From: Eutreptiella sp. 'Long Island Sound 2002'
Taxonomy: Eukaryota > Protista > Euglenida
Reading direction: 5' to 3'
DNA: 64,000 bases
NCBI GenBank assembly: GCA_964036045.1
Contig: OZ038378.1
Span: forward strand, 181,846,001-181,910,000
Below are positions 23,284 to 35,500 of the stretch, one piece after another. The notes below the pieces were generated by a model. The model did no database searches, had not been told where the DNA came from, and was given only the letters and a program-made list of their open reading frames with translations. Made by a program: the position numbers and the translations under genes. Position 1 is the first letter of the stretch. Each line of letters starts with the position of its first letter.

Positions 23284-26200
23284 GTTCGGTGGTTGCCGCA
23301 CCTGTACACTGCAGACAACTGCGATCCAGCCCCCTGACAGCCACTGATCCCGCCCTGCAATGGTTCCCCTCTCCTTGCAAATGGTTTCTTTCTCCCTGTA
23401 ACTGCCCTCCATCCCTCCAACGTGAGGTTATGATGTGCCTGGGTCGCAAACATGAGCTAATAGGGTGCGGAACTGGGTGACAAATGAAAAAGAACGCCGT
23501 GTTGCCCCCCCCCCCCCCCGGGTTTGCCACCATGTGCCCATGGGTCAGTGTTTTTCGTGTTTGTTTGTGTTTTCTTTTTTGTGGTCGGTTCTGGTGAAAT
23601 CACATGTTGGGGTGCCAAGCAGCATGTTTTAATCATTTTTTCGGCATCACTTGTTCCTACAACATGTCCTTGCAATGTGCGACCAGTGTTCTGGGATGTT
23701 GGTTGAGTGTTGTTGCGGTTGGTTGAGCTGTTGAGTGACAACATCCAAAAACCGATTTGCGTTTAAAGATGCATTACTGCTGATAGTGTGATGAAAAAAC
23801 AACATTTCCAATGAAAAAAAAACAAAAAGACCGGCGTTTTTTTGTTTTAGAAAAAAGCACGGTCCAGATGCCCACGGAGTGGTGACACGCGTTTGGCTCT
23901 ACCTTGTTTGGTCGCCAGTCGGCTGTGCGGGCGATGCATTGCGCTGGTTTGTGGTGCCTAGTATTGGAGTGCAGTGAAATGGAGCACAATTGCCACCCTC
24001 GGGCACACATCCCCACGCTGTAACTACAGGCCCCGTTGTTCCATAGCCTCATGGGGGGAGTGTCCCCTGCAATGAGCGTGCAAAACGTCCAGCCTACAAC
24101 GCTGCATCACGATTCTAGAAATGCACCCTGGGAATGCGGCGCGACGAAGACGCCACACATGAGTCAGCCCTCCCCCTTTCCATGACCGACAGGGTCCCTT
24201 GTGGGTCCAGCAGGAGGGGTGTTGCCAACAAGGCCAAGTGGGCTGGCGGGTGCTTGAAGTTTTCCGGATGGGAGGGGGTCGCTTTCTTTCTGTTTTTCTT
24301 TTGCAAAGCAAGCCTGATCAGTCCAAAGGACCAACAGAAATGTCGCCAAGACTCGTGTCACTGAAACCAAGCGTGATGAAGCCACGGAAGCCGGTGCCAG
24401 GAAGGTCGTGGACCAACCTATTGAAAAGTGTGGCAGTATGGGCTGTACAACAACAACGGCTTGAAAGATAACATGGAGAGCCACATTGCAAGCAAGCATT
24501 AAAGGTTGAAGCATACCGCTGTCTTTTTGGGCCCGTTGGTGGGGGCTTTGAAGCATGCTGCAGCAGCTGCAGCACCCTAACATTTTGCCTCTGTACTTTT
24601 CCCCACAAAGGATTGTACGCTGACTGCACAACTACAGCAAGAGGCAGATTTGATGTGCAAGAAAAACGACAAATTGTTTTCGAAAAAACGATCACAAAGC
24701 AGGCAAGAACGCAAAAGGCCACGGAATGACTCATACAGTGACAGAATAAAGTGCATCTCCGGGTCACAGAGTGGGAACGGTACATTGTGCCAGCACCAAA
24801 TTCACTGCCGACAACACCTCTGCAAGAGTTCCATGGTGGTCCCTTGCAGTCTTTTTTATTTACCTCCCCGGGTCTGCATGTCATGTGGAAAGGGCACTCA
24901 GTTTCTTGAAACACATTTGGGCACATGATCGCCTCCAGATGAATGCTGACACGGTGCACCATTTGGCAATTATATATGTAGCCGAAATGGACAAGAAGCA
25001 AAAAGTGCTGAGAAGGATGACCAATAGGCAGAGCTGTGAATTTTCTGCTGTGTTGAGTCTTTGCATGTGGTTAGGGATGCATTGCAGAGGAGTGGTCATG
25101 GGTTCTTGGTGCCTTTGTGATTATGAACAAGTGACCTACCCACCCACCAACTACTTGAGGCGAGCCACAGCATGCCGCAGCACAGCGAATTATGCTGCAG
25201 CATGCCACAGCACAGCAAATTTTTCCTGGGGACCGTTGGTGCTTGATTGCAACCCCACCACCATGACCAGGGCTGTGAGCAGCACATACGTTGTGGAGCA
25301 CCATATGTATTGGCACTTGGGTATGAAGAGCATTTGGAGAGACGGCAACTATGGGACACAAAGAAGAAGAAACAGCAAAACAAGCATCTTCTGTGCATAC
25401 GCGGTGGAAAAGTAGGACAAGAAACATAGGAGACATGCAGGGTGCGGGAACATGAACTACAACAGGGGAAACAAAAAAAATTCCGACTGAAGTGGATGTT
25501 GAATTGCTGCATGACTTGAAAAGCGCATTCCCACGGCGGGTGCAAACATCAATTTTGAAGCCAAAACTTGTACTATCCAATGGCGCCTTTCTGTTATTTG
25601 CATGTGAGCTCGCCCAAAGGGGCCCATTGTAGGACAGCAAGCCCTACATGTTCCCTGATTTTCGCTTTATTCCAGCCCCAATCAGTGCACTCTCGTCCTC
25701 CTCTTGACATGGGGGGAAGGTCACGGAAAGTAAGAGGGAATCATTCAAGGCATTGATGATGGCTTATGGACACATCAGTGGCTCCCTCGAGCCCATCAGG
25801 GTCACCTTCATCTTCCTCCCCCTCATCATCATCATCAGATTCCTCTGCAGGGGTTGATTAGCGTTGACACGTTGTGTGACGGTGTGTGATGTGGCCATTG
25901 ACCCCCGCCATTACGTTTGTGTTGTGACTAAATCTTCCCTGCACTGCAAGTGCCGTTTCCTAAGAAGGAGAGCCAACCCCCCCCCCCCCCTCTCCCCACC
26001 TTTTTCGACCCCTCCTCCCTTTCCAGACCCACTCCCCCTCCTCCGTTCTGAAGCAAGGTTGCCCCAGCCCCCCTTTTTTAAAGGACCTCCAGGGGCGCAC
26101 AGGGTCTTGTTGGGTGGGTGACAAGTCTGCAAAAGGTTGTGCACCTAAAATTTGCCTCAAACTTCCCGCTGCTTTGGGACACCTCATTTCCTCCGTTCGG

Positions 26201-27342
26201 ACCAATTTTTTTGATGTGGTCTTTTGAGCGGATTTGTGGCGGCCCCAAATTACCCCTGGAGATGAAAAGCATGCCTTTGTGCATGGTGGGAAATGGCGAA
26301 AAATGCGCTTTCCGTCCCTTGTCACAGATATCACTGCTCGGCAACAGCTCTTGGTCCGCATTTTGATGTTTCTTCGGCATCCATTTTCGGATGCTGCAGC
26401 CATTGACCGCAGGGGAGGGGTAGTCGTGGCAAAGCAATGGCGCACTGGGGGGCTGCGAGTGTAGCTGAGGCACAAGTCGGGCGCTAATCTGGTGATGGAG
26501 GGGGGGTCTGCGAGGAAAACAATGCCAGCAAAGAAGGCGATGGGCTGCAGCGGCGCACATGCAACACAACCCTCCGCGGTCTGCGCCCACAGACGCAACC
26601 TCAGGCCCCCACTGCATAAAAAACTCGAACCAACGCGTACACCCAGAATTACCAACCGGCACACTTACTCAGCCCTTATTGCAACCCCCCCCCCGCAGCC
26701 GCTGTTTTGACAGTTGGTCCCGCACCGGCGAACACGTGGGCCTACAAGAAGAGAGCGCCGGAGAATGTTTCGGAAGTTTTGGGGAGGGGCATGAAGCGGT
26801 TTCTGCAAAACGTTATTTTTACCGCAACATGTCCCCAAACAATGACCAGCGTGACGTGGTGACCGTTTTGGGGTATTGTATGTTGTGACTCCCCAACCCC
26901 CCACCAGCAGCAACCAATGTGGGCCGAATAGGGCCAGCACTCGCGCGCACAGGTATGTGGATGACCCCTGACCACTACGCACACCGAACGCGGTAGATTC
27001 GTGAGCCCCAGAGCCCCAGAATCCCAGCCAGTAGCCGGTAGGGGTGGGGAAGGAGCAGTGAAGTACAGTGCAAATCTCAGTGCCACTAAAGCAGCTGGAC
27101 GCCGCGTGGCGATTGGACTGGACAGAAGGTGACGAGGGCTGTGAGGCAGGCGCAGCTGGAGCCTTGGCAGGGTCACAGCCCCGTGCACCCCAGCACTGCC
27201 CCCGCTGCCCCTCTTTATGACCGATAGTTGATGGGTGGGTCGCAACTGAGCTGGTCCGCCCCCTGCCCCCTGCCCCCCCCCCCCATCTCCCACTAAGTAC
27301 AACAGGAGCGTTGGCAGCGCGGTGCCACTTCTGTTGCCACAG

Positions 27343-27525
27343 AACGTGACGCGGCATCGCCCTGCCGTTCTCCAAAACGAGTGCCATCCGTACCTACAAA
27401 ACAAAGATCTCATGGACCTGTGCCGGATTGAAGGCATCGTGTTCCAGTCTTATTCGCCGTTGGGCAGCTACGACCGCCCATGGGCCCAGCAAGGCCTTCC
27501 ATCCACGGGACATGAACTTCTGAAG
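27343..27525 (+). CDS. Aldo-keto reductase exon 4
   Basis: CAG acceptor; NVTRHRPAVLQNECHPYLQN...FQSYSPLGS; AAG|GT donor at 27526. Confidence 0.92.
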
Positions 27526-28459
27526 GTGCGTTGTTGCCTGTGTGCCTGGCTCCCTGACCTCAGATCGGGTGAAAGCCACCCGTCGTGTGTGTGTGGCCGG
27601 GCATGCAATTGGGAGTGCAGTTGAAGGATGGGTCGGAAATGCGTAACGGATGCTTTAGCCTTTTGGTTCGCAAATGGCACGCTCACTTGTGCAAGAGGTT
27701 CCAGAAGTGGTCTACGGTGTGGGTGCACTTCGTGAACTTGCTGAGGGTAGGATTTTTTACGGAGGAGTTGAGGTGTTTCGGACGTGGCGTTGCTGTGGTG
27801 ACTGCATGCACCTTGCAGCAAAGGTGCGCTGCTTGCCGCTGCGGTTCAGGGGGCTTGTCTGTGGTCTCTGCATTGATTTACCGTTGACTGGAGCCTCTCA
27901 GGATTTTACATTTGTTCAGCGGTTCTATAGTGCCTGTGCGCAACGGTAAATGGTCCAATATGATACCACCTGACATGAGGTTTGGGGGGGGGGGGGGGGG
28001 GCGCAGGCTCACATGCTTCCCCACACCTCGACACGAGACAACTGTGGCACAGCAGCATGACTGTGCACTAGTCCGTCAGCACCAAGGCGAGAAATGCAGG
28101 CTCAATGCACCGCGAGCAGCCCTCGCACTCCGTTGCTCAACATCAGCCGCACGCAGTATGGGAGACTCCGGGCCAACTTGAATAAGTGCGTTACACCGGA
28201 AGTGGGTTCGTCCGTTTTCCGGACCTTCATGGTTCTGCCCCCACTCATGTCATGCCAATGGGTAAGTACGGGATTTGGCGCCGAAGGGCGGGGCTTTGTA
28301 TGAGGTTTGCATGGATTTGCTGCACGAGGTTTGCATGAGGTTTGCGTGAGGTTTGCGTGAGGTTTGTGACGTTCCAGTTCCAACGTGAAAGGGCTGAATC
28401 TCGCATCAGCAGCAGCCCGTGACAAGCAACACGGCCCTCTGTTGTGCATCTTGCAACAG

Positions 28460-28538
28460 GACCCCAAGTTACTTGAAATGAGCGAAAGATACGGCAAAAG
28501 CCCTGCACAAATAGTCCTCCGATGGCATGTCCAGAGAG
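28460..28538 (+). CDS. Aldo-keto reductase exon 5
   Basis: CAG acceptor; DPKLLEMSERYGKSPAQIVLRWHVQR; GAG|GT donor at 28539, phase 1. Confidence 0.92.
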
Positions 28539-28899
28539 GTATGCTCGGCGACTGTACTATCCTGTGCTGTACGTCTTGTCTGCTCGTCCACTGCTGTTCT
28601 GGGCTGCGTTGCTGGCCATGCCTTATCTGCCGTCCCCTGTTCATTTGCTACGTCTCAAGTGCCCTCGGGGTTGTCTTGGATTTGTGTCTCGGCTGTGTCC
28701 TGTTTGTGTGGGGTTTGTAGAGTCTGCATGAGGTTTGCAAGGGTTTGCCCAGGTTTCTTGAGTTGGACACGTTTTGTGTTGGTTGGATCCGGAATCCCTC
28801 AAGTTGCAGTTTCTGCAATTGCTTTGTTTTCCTCTTTCAGGCAGGCACACACATACAGTCATAGGCCCAGGCGACCTGCACTCTGCCACACGCAAAGCC

Positions 28900-30131
28900 A
28901 CACAGAAATTGACCCAGCTGGGTGCGCGGGGTGCAGGAGAATGCGCAAGATAGGCAGGCTGGTGCGCGAGGACTTGTGTCTGCAGGACCTGGTCCATCTG
29001 GCCCCTGATCCCACTGCTCCAGTGCCAAGCCCCCTCCCCACACTGGTGGACATTATGTCACTGCTGGGCAGACTGGACAGATTTTATGCCCGGCAACAGG
29101 AGCGGGAACGGCTGCGCAAATGGCGCGACAAAATGGGTGAGGCATGGCTTGACCGCCCCAAAGAGGTATACAAGTGGATGAAGAATGAATTTCAACCCCC
29201 CATTGGTCATGCTAAAGGACCCACTCACAGGAGAGCCAACGTCCAACATGCAGAGAATGGACGAACTTTTGCACGAATCATGGGACAAAGTTATGCGCAA
29301 ATATGCGGATACCCTTGAAGCCGACCCGGACAAATTTGTGCAACAATACAGCCACTTCATTGAAGAAGGCAGAAATGGCCTCGGCCCCTATCACAGGAGC
29401 GAGACTCCGGAAACGCTTGAAGAAAATGGGGGTGCACATAGCCATGGGCCTAGATGGATGGTGTGTGGCGGACTTGCTAAGCCTGCCACACGCCCTGCTG
29501 AACATGCTTGCTAATTTGCTTATAGTTGTGGAGGCAACAGGGCAGTGGCCGCGCATTTTGGCCAGGGGTTACGTCTTCTTGATTCCCAAGGGCGAAGGCA
29601 TGCTGCCCATGTAGCAAAGGCCGCTTTTTGTTTTGTCGCAACTATATAGAGTATGGGCTGGGATGAGACTAGACGAGTGCATGGTATGGCAGGAGACATG
29701 GGTGCACCCGCATGCTTTTGGCTTCCGGAAAAAGCGCCTGCCAACAGATGCAACGGCACTCATTGCCATGCTAATTGAGCTGCACAATATCATAGGGGAA
29801 TGCCTCATAGGCTTTGGGCTTGATTACGTCAAGTGCTTTGACTTGATTCCACAACGGGTGGTACTCCGGGTAGCAATCGTGCAGGGCATGCATGAGAGAA
29901 CCCATCGGGCACTGTCTAGTATGTATGCACAGCTCACGAGATATTTTAAAATAATGGGCTGCGTGTGCTCCTTTTTCGCTGCGACAAATGGAATTTTACA
30001 AGGCAGTCCGCTTAGCGTAATCCTTATAAACCTACTCACCAGCATGTGGAAGAAGGTGCTGGATGCGCAAAAGCAAGCCACACAAGTCTCAGCCACGGTC
30101 CCCCCCCCCCGAAGGAACTCTGGGCTATGTC
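28900..30131 (+). mobile_element. Truncated, frameshifted non-LTR retrotransposon (RT fragment)
   Basis: Overlapping frames give GLDGW, YVFLIPK, LDYVKCFDLIP and GILQGSPLS (RT motifs up to domain 4); several frameshifts and an in-frame stop; similarity ends at LGYV just before the expected DD. Confidence 0.85.
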
Positions 30132-30174
30132 ACGTGTGCACTGGCGGCAACAGCACAAAGCGCAGAAAGAAAAT

Positions 30175-30224
30175 GGGCTCGTCAGTGGCCTATAAGACCA
30201 TAGGTACCTTTCTGTCGCAAGACA
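30175..30224 (-). ncRNA. Candidate split/permuted hammerhead ribozyme core
   Basis: Minus strand reads GAAA-G-GUAC-C-UA, then a 6-bp hairpin UGGUCU/UAU/AGGCCA, then CUGACGA-G; stem II does not close in this copy. Confidence 0.5.
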
Positions 30225-30334
30225 AGAGACACGAAGATGCCTGTGGGTGGGCCACAGAGATGCGAAACAGTGGGTGTGCAGCGGTACGCCATCGGCCGAC
30301 GCTATGCTTTACCCACCGGACCTGTAAATTCGAC

Positions 30335-32350
30335 CTATTTCTGAGTGCATAAGACAGGGAAAGGTGATGGGCCCTCCCCCCGGGGGCATAGCCCCAACGG
30401 GATGCGTTTCGAGGGATTCAATAGTGGCGTTAGCGCAGATAAAATAGGAAAATCGTGGCACCGGTCGGCGCAGTGCGCGTGGCAGAGCCCTGCATGTGGC
30501 ATGTGCCATGAGGCATACGCCTGTGTTGACCAAATAGCATGGCTGTTTAGCCAGCGATGGAGGTGGAAAAAGACTGTCTCCCTGGTGGAAGGCAGTTTAT
30601 AGGTAATGTGTTCGCACCATATAAGTGTCTGATCTACGTCCCATGTCGTTCGGGCGATGATGCGAGGCACTGCGGAGTGCAACGCGCGCAAGACAGTGGG
30701 TCGTGAATAGCCAGACAAGAGGGCAACTTGCGCCCAGGATGTGATACTCAATAAACAGGATGCCCATGTGTGGAGAAAGGGCTGTACATTGAGTACTGCA
30801 CTGACCAGTATGTTGGATATGTGTTTGTGGGCCTGTGCAGGTGGTGGTGACTGGAGGGTGACTGTGTATTTCAGGTGCCAGCTCGCTGTCAAACCCGACG
30901 GCTGGGCATAAATCAATGGAGGGCTGTCGTCCCCGAGGTGTATGGTAAAACCCATGGCCGTGAGAGAGGGGGATGTGCAAGTGCGGCGGCATACCCGTTG
31001 TTCATCTGTCATGCAGTCGCACAGGACTGGCAGGTCCCATACCTCTGACAGAGTGTCACAGACATTTTGCATCTCGTGCGCCGGGGACGGTCCCCGTGCC
31101 CCTACCAGGATGTTGTCCCTGAATTGCGCTAAGGACACCGTGTTCCCTCGTGGTGTGGTCCACAGTGGGTGTCCTCTTGGTGAGAAGGAGAGCTGGCCTA
31201 TTCGTCTCATCAAGTCTGTCCGTTGTTTAGCGGCCCAGATGGATCTCAGGTCTGCGCTTTGGGCGCTGAATGGTCCACCCATGGGGATAGCGCCTGTTCG
31301 TGACCACACTTTACCAGAGGCCTGTGTGTATGTGTCTGTCAGCAGTGAGAAGTACACCAGGTTCTCGAGGTCTTGGTGGAGGAGGTGGGTGAATCTGTTT
31401 GTTGTTCCCATACCTGCTCGGTCCAGGGATTTGTTGTCTCGGTGGATGCTCCATATCAGTTCATTCGCGTTCCACCGCCGCTTTTTGGATAACCATTTGA
31501 CAGATGCCGTGAGATCTGACATCACTGATTGGGGTGTAACGTTGTTAAACTGACCCGAACAATCACATTCACCAATCACCGTGCAACCCCAATCAGGTAA
31601 ACCGTGGACCCAGGGTTGGAGGTCTGTGATGCGCAGGACCAAGAAGGATGCTGTAATTTCCTGGACTAGTAGTTTGAGGAGGAGAGTGAAGGCGCGTGCT
31701 GCTGTGCGTAAGAAAAAGCGCTGCATCTGTGGCTCGACAACGGCTGCAATGGGCCGCCACAGGATGGTCTGTTTGATCAGGGACTTGGCTTTTCCTAGCA
31801 AGTACAGCAGTGGCAGGGTGCGGGAGGTGTTAACAGGCCATTTGTTCTGTTGTATAATGCGGTGCAGAGCTTTCATGATGCCTGGGGCCGTGTGTATGTC
31901 CTGGGACTCACAACCTTCGCCTTCCAAAAAGCGGTGGGTTTCGTCCCATACCCATTGTCGGCAGAATCCGAACAGCATTGTGGAACTCTTGTCGGCGACT
32001 CTGACGTAGGCCACTGTGCTTAACTGTTCCGCTAAATTCTGTACGTGCTGTCGAAGGGTGGGGAGGCGGTCCCAGTCTGATTGTGGTAGTGCCGTGGCCA
32101 AAACAGACTTCGAAAAACGGCGCTGGACTTTGAGGGTGGTGGCCAACTGGCTCAAGCTTTGAATGGCCTGTTTGTAGGAGCGTGAGCCAGAGCAGGGGAG
32201 GGGGTCTGTCGCTCTGATGATGGACCTGCCGTGTGTGATGGACAGGGGCAGGAGGGCATAGTGTCCTTGTACGGGGGGGGGGGGGGGCAGCAGAAGCTCA
32301 AGGGTTGGTGGTGGTCTTATGGACTCAGGGTCAAGCTCTACGTCGAACAC
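30335..32350 (-). CDS. Penelope-like element reverse transcriptase (671 aa uninterrupted, probably 5'-truncated), FRDN active-site motif
   Basis: PLE-type motifs VADKS, LPLLYLLGKAK...WRPIA, DCSGQFNNV, GAIPMGGPFSAQSADL, QFRDNIL (31112-31123), AMGFTI and thumb LLSGYSRPTVL; no GIY-YIG motif visible; frame is open up to a TAG at 32372-32374. Confidence 0.82.
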   Translation of the reverse strand: MFDVELDPESIRPPPTLELLLPPPPPVQGHYALLPLSITHGRSIIRATDPLPCSGSRSYKQAIQSLSQLATTLKVQRRFSKSVLATALPQSDWDRLPTLRQHVQNLAEQLSTVAYVRVADKSSTMLFGFCRQWVWDETHRFLEGEGCESQDIHTAPGIMKALHRIIQQNKWPVNTSRTLPLLYLLGKAKSLIKQTILWRPIAAVVEPQMQRFFLRTAARAFTLLLKLLVQEITASFLVLRITDLQPWVHGLPDWGCTVIGECDCSGQFNNVTPQSVMSDLTASVKWLSKKRRWNANELIWSIHRDNKSLDRAGMGTTNRFTHLLHQDLENLVYFSLLTDTYTQASGKVWSRTGAIPMGGPFSAQSADLRSIWAAKQRTDLMRRIGQLSFSPRGHPLWTTPRGNTVSLAQFRDNILVGARGPSPAHEMQNVCDTLSEVWDLPVLCDCMTDEQRVCRRTCTSPSLTAMGFTIHLGDDSPPLIYAQPSGLTASWHLKYTVTLQSPPPAQAHKHISNILVSAVLNVQPFLHTWASCLLSITSWAQVALLSGYSRPTVLRALHSAVPRIIARTTWDVDQTLIWCEHITYKLPSTRETVFFHLHRWLNSHAIWSTQAYASWHMPHAGLCHAHCADRCHDFPILSALTPLLNPSKRIPLGLCPRGEGPSPFPVLCTQK

Positions 32351-32526
32351 CTGTTCTGAATTTTCATTACGCTAGAGAGGGGGGATGCTCAGTGCTGAAG
32401 GGGTCCAACACAGTTGGTGTCACAAATGCCGTCCTAGCAGGGTAGGAATGTTCGCTGTGTGGGGAATTTACAGCTTTTTCTATTGCACTGGAACCGGGCT
32501 CAGAGGGTTTTCAATAGAGCTAGGGG

Positions 32527-35500
32527 ATGAGCCTGGCTCCGCTATGTTGGCGCTTAGACTCGCCAGAGCCCGCCCCTGACATCAACTGCACAGTCAAAGT
32601 GCTAGGAATCAACTGCAATCTGGCTGAAAAGCAGATGAGGTTGGCTGCTTTGATAGTCCTCTGCGATCCAGATGTTGTCACGTTGCAGGTCGTTTGGAAA
32701 GAGGAGCATCTAACGTGCCTAGCATATCTTCCGTACCGGCAGTTTAAGGCGTCAGCCAGCAGGGGGAGGGGGGTTTGACTATACTGCTTCATCTGAGATG
32801 GATAGGTAAGAAAAAGCCCGTAGTCAGTCTGGAGGAGCATTGGATTGGTGTGGCTTCCCATTGCTCAGCCAGTGACTCGATTGCCGTAGTGAATGTACAC
32901 TTCCCCCCCTCCATGCACCCCAAAGACAGAAATGAAGCTATATATCATTTAGCAGAATTCCTCCTAAACTCGCGGTGTAGTATTCGGGTTTTGCAGGGCA
33001 ATGTAAACGCTGATGACTGAACAGCGTGGTTCGAAAACGTGTTGTCACCTGGCAAGCGATGGTTGTTCCTCTCCCGCCCTTACTCTGCAGGAGCGGCTAC
33101 TAACATGGTCAAGAGGGGCTCCAGGTTTTCTTACACAGTACGTGACTGGTTATTAACTTCATATCCTACCCCATGTAGAAAGTGTGAGTGGGCGATTCTA
33201 CCGGGCCTATGCACCCATTTTACTCTGTTGTTTGAACGGCATTTCGACCCAGGGTTCTTGTGTCCCACAGATCCTACTTGCAGACAGTTCAACTTTCGAG
33301 CCACGTTTGAAAATGCGCTCCATTGTGCGGCTGCGCTTGTCTCCTTGGGTTTTTTCTGGTGTTCCCTGGCGCTGTGGGACCCAAACTCTGTGTTATATCT
33401 TTACTGGGATTTGATTAGGGACACAATTAGGAAAAGAGTCACAGTTCATTCGGTGTCCGAAGAAGTAGTGAAAGCTTTGGTGGAAGTCCGCGGGCAGACA
33501 GAAAAAACGCCGAAGCAGATTACGCAATGGTAGGCAAAGCAGCAAGACTCGGCTTGTGTTAAATCGTTGGGCCTGGACGCTGTAAAGCTTCAAGGCTTGA
33601 ATATCACCTCCACCATCAACAAAGCATTAAAGCCCAAATCTCAAAAATTTAAAACAGTGCAGGAGATTTCGCCAGACGGGGAGACTTTCCCTTCTGACCC
33701 AGAGAGTTTCAAAGCAGAGATTTTAAAACAGGCATAGGAAGTGTACAGTAATCGCCCAGGAATTAGTCTTGATGTGGACCTAATCCCGTCAGCTCTAAGC
33801 AACACAAAGTTTGCAGGATCATCCCGGGTTTGTGGCGCCGATGTACCTGTACCTGTACAAGAGGTCGAGACTAGGCCTCCCCGTGGATGATTCCGCAGGA
33901 TTATCCCCCTCCCTCGCTGAATTTTCCGAGTTGCTCAAGAAGACAGGCTCACAGGCTACACCTTGTCTGAAGAGATGCCCCGCAGTCTGGTGAGACTGCT
34001 TAACGGCACGGCGTGGTCTATGCTAGTGCGGCTATTGGCTGATCTGGACGCTGGTGCAGACAGCAAATGGTGGAGGTTGGTTATTCAACTATGCCTGTTG
34101 AAAAAGCAGCTGACGTGGCTGCTAAGAAACAGCAGACCCATTCTACTGGAGGCCTTCCTGTGTCGCTTGTCTGCTACCAATGTTTTTCAGCGCAGCCAGA
34201 TCTGATCAGAGCTAGCAGGACTGATCCCTACTGTGTGTTTTGCTTACAGAAAAAACCTCTCTCCACAGGCAGTGGCTATGGTAGGGAGGAGTTTACTCGC
34301 TCTCTGGTGTGCCAAGTATGCTTTTGTCGTTTCCCTAGATTGGGATGAGAAAAATGCCTTTTGCAATGTTGCCAGAGCAAAGCAAGACAAGGTCACCGGG
34401 CATCCGGCTCTAGAAGTGGAGCGATGGGCGTCTCACACCTACGATAGCATGCAACTCTGTGTGGTGTCTCCTTTTGGTTTAGTTGGGCCGTACAAACTCA
34501 GGCATGGTGGTCCACAGGGGAGCAATATGGGGGTGGGGTTGTTCAACAATATGGGTTTAGTTCGTACTTGGTTCAACGATGCTCTATGGAGAAACAACCT
34601 TCAACCAAAGTCCCTTAGGCCAGGTCCCTATGATTCTCAGGCGCTTTCTCCTGCCTTGCCATGGAAACCCGATTACCTGCTGCCTGAAATTTGCTATTCG
34701 GATGACGGAAGGGGATTTGCGCTGTCTGAGTCTGCTCTATCATATTTGCTTTTAACGGAAAGCCACAGCTGCTGGGCTGTAGGTGGATCAATGATTTTTT
34801 CAAGCTGCAAATATTCAAGGTCTGCCTTCGCGATGGTAAGTTGTGCCATACAAAGGGAAAAATCTACGCTGTGTTCGGTTAGTTTGAATACGGCAGATCA
34901 AGATTCTGTATGACAGGGATTCCCATGCTAATGGGTCACAAGCCTGCCACCTGCATTGACAAAATGCTGGTTCAATTGCGCAAGATTCTGGGGGTCACTG
35001 CTAGGTTAAGTCCGTCTTTTGTTTTGTTACTACGCATCCTGGTGGCGTATGCAATTGCAGGCCCAGACTATATCTTTGCAGTGATTCCCGCTCAATCCGC
35101 ATGGTTGGGGCAACCGCAATCTCTGCTGAAACAGATCCTGTGCAGACTCCTGGGTTTGCCCAAGCAAGTACCAAATGCCCTGCTGTACACCCCGCCCAGA
35201 GCAAGTGGGTATGGTCTGGTTGCCCTATCTCCGCATTTTCAAGTCAAACACATCTCAACTTGGTTGACGAACGTAAACAGTAGGAATGCCCTGACCAGAG
35301 AAACACGCAGGTAAGCCTGGCAACTGCGATCCCCACCCCCCAATCGAAGCCTGGGATGTCAGTACTATCCAATCATGGCTGGCAACCTATGAGTTGACCA
35401 TCCTAATTGGTGAGTCGGAAAAAGCTAAGATACAGCCAGCCTATACCCGGACGGAAGTCAGGCGTCAGAAAGCAACGGGACAAGTGATAGTCTGTTAAGA

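Noticed and set aside
30338-30347. TTTCTGAGTG partial spliced-leader match
   Set aside because: Only 10 nt, lacks the shared upstream block, and overlaps the antisense end of the PLE ORF.
33010-33036. CTGATGA...GAAA hammerhead-like motif on the plus strand
   Set aside because: Stem II is out of register by 2 nt, there is no stem I or III, and it lies within APE coding sequence (GNVNADD).
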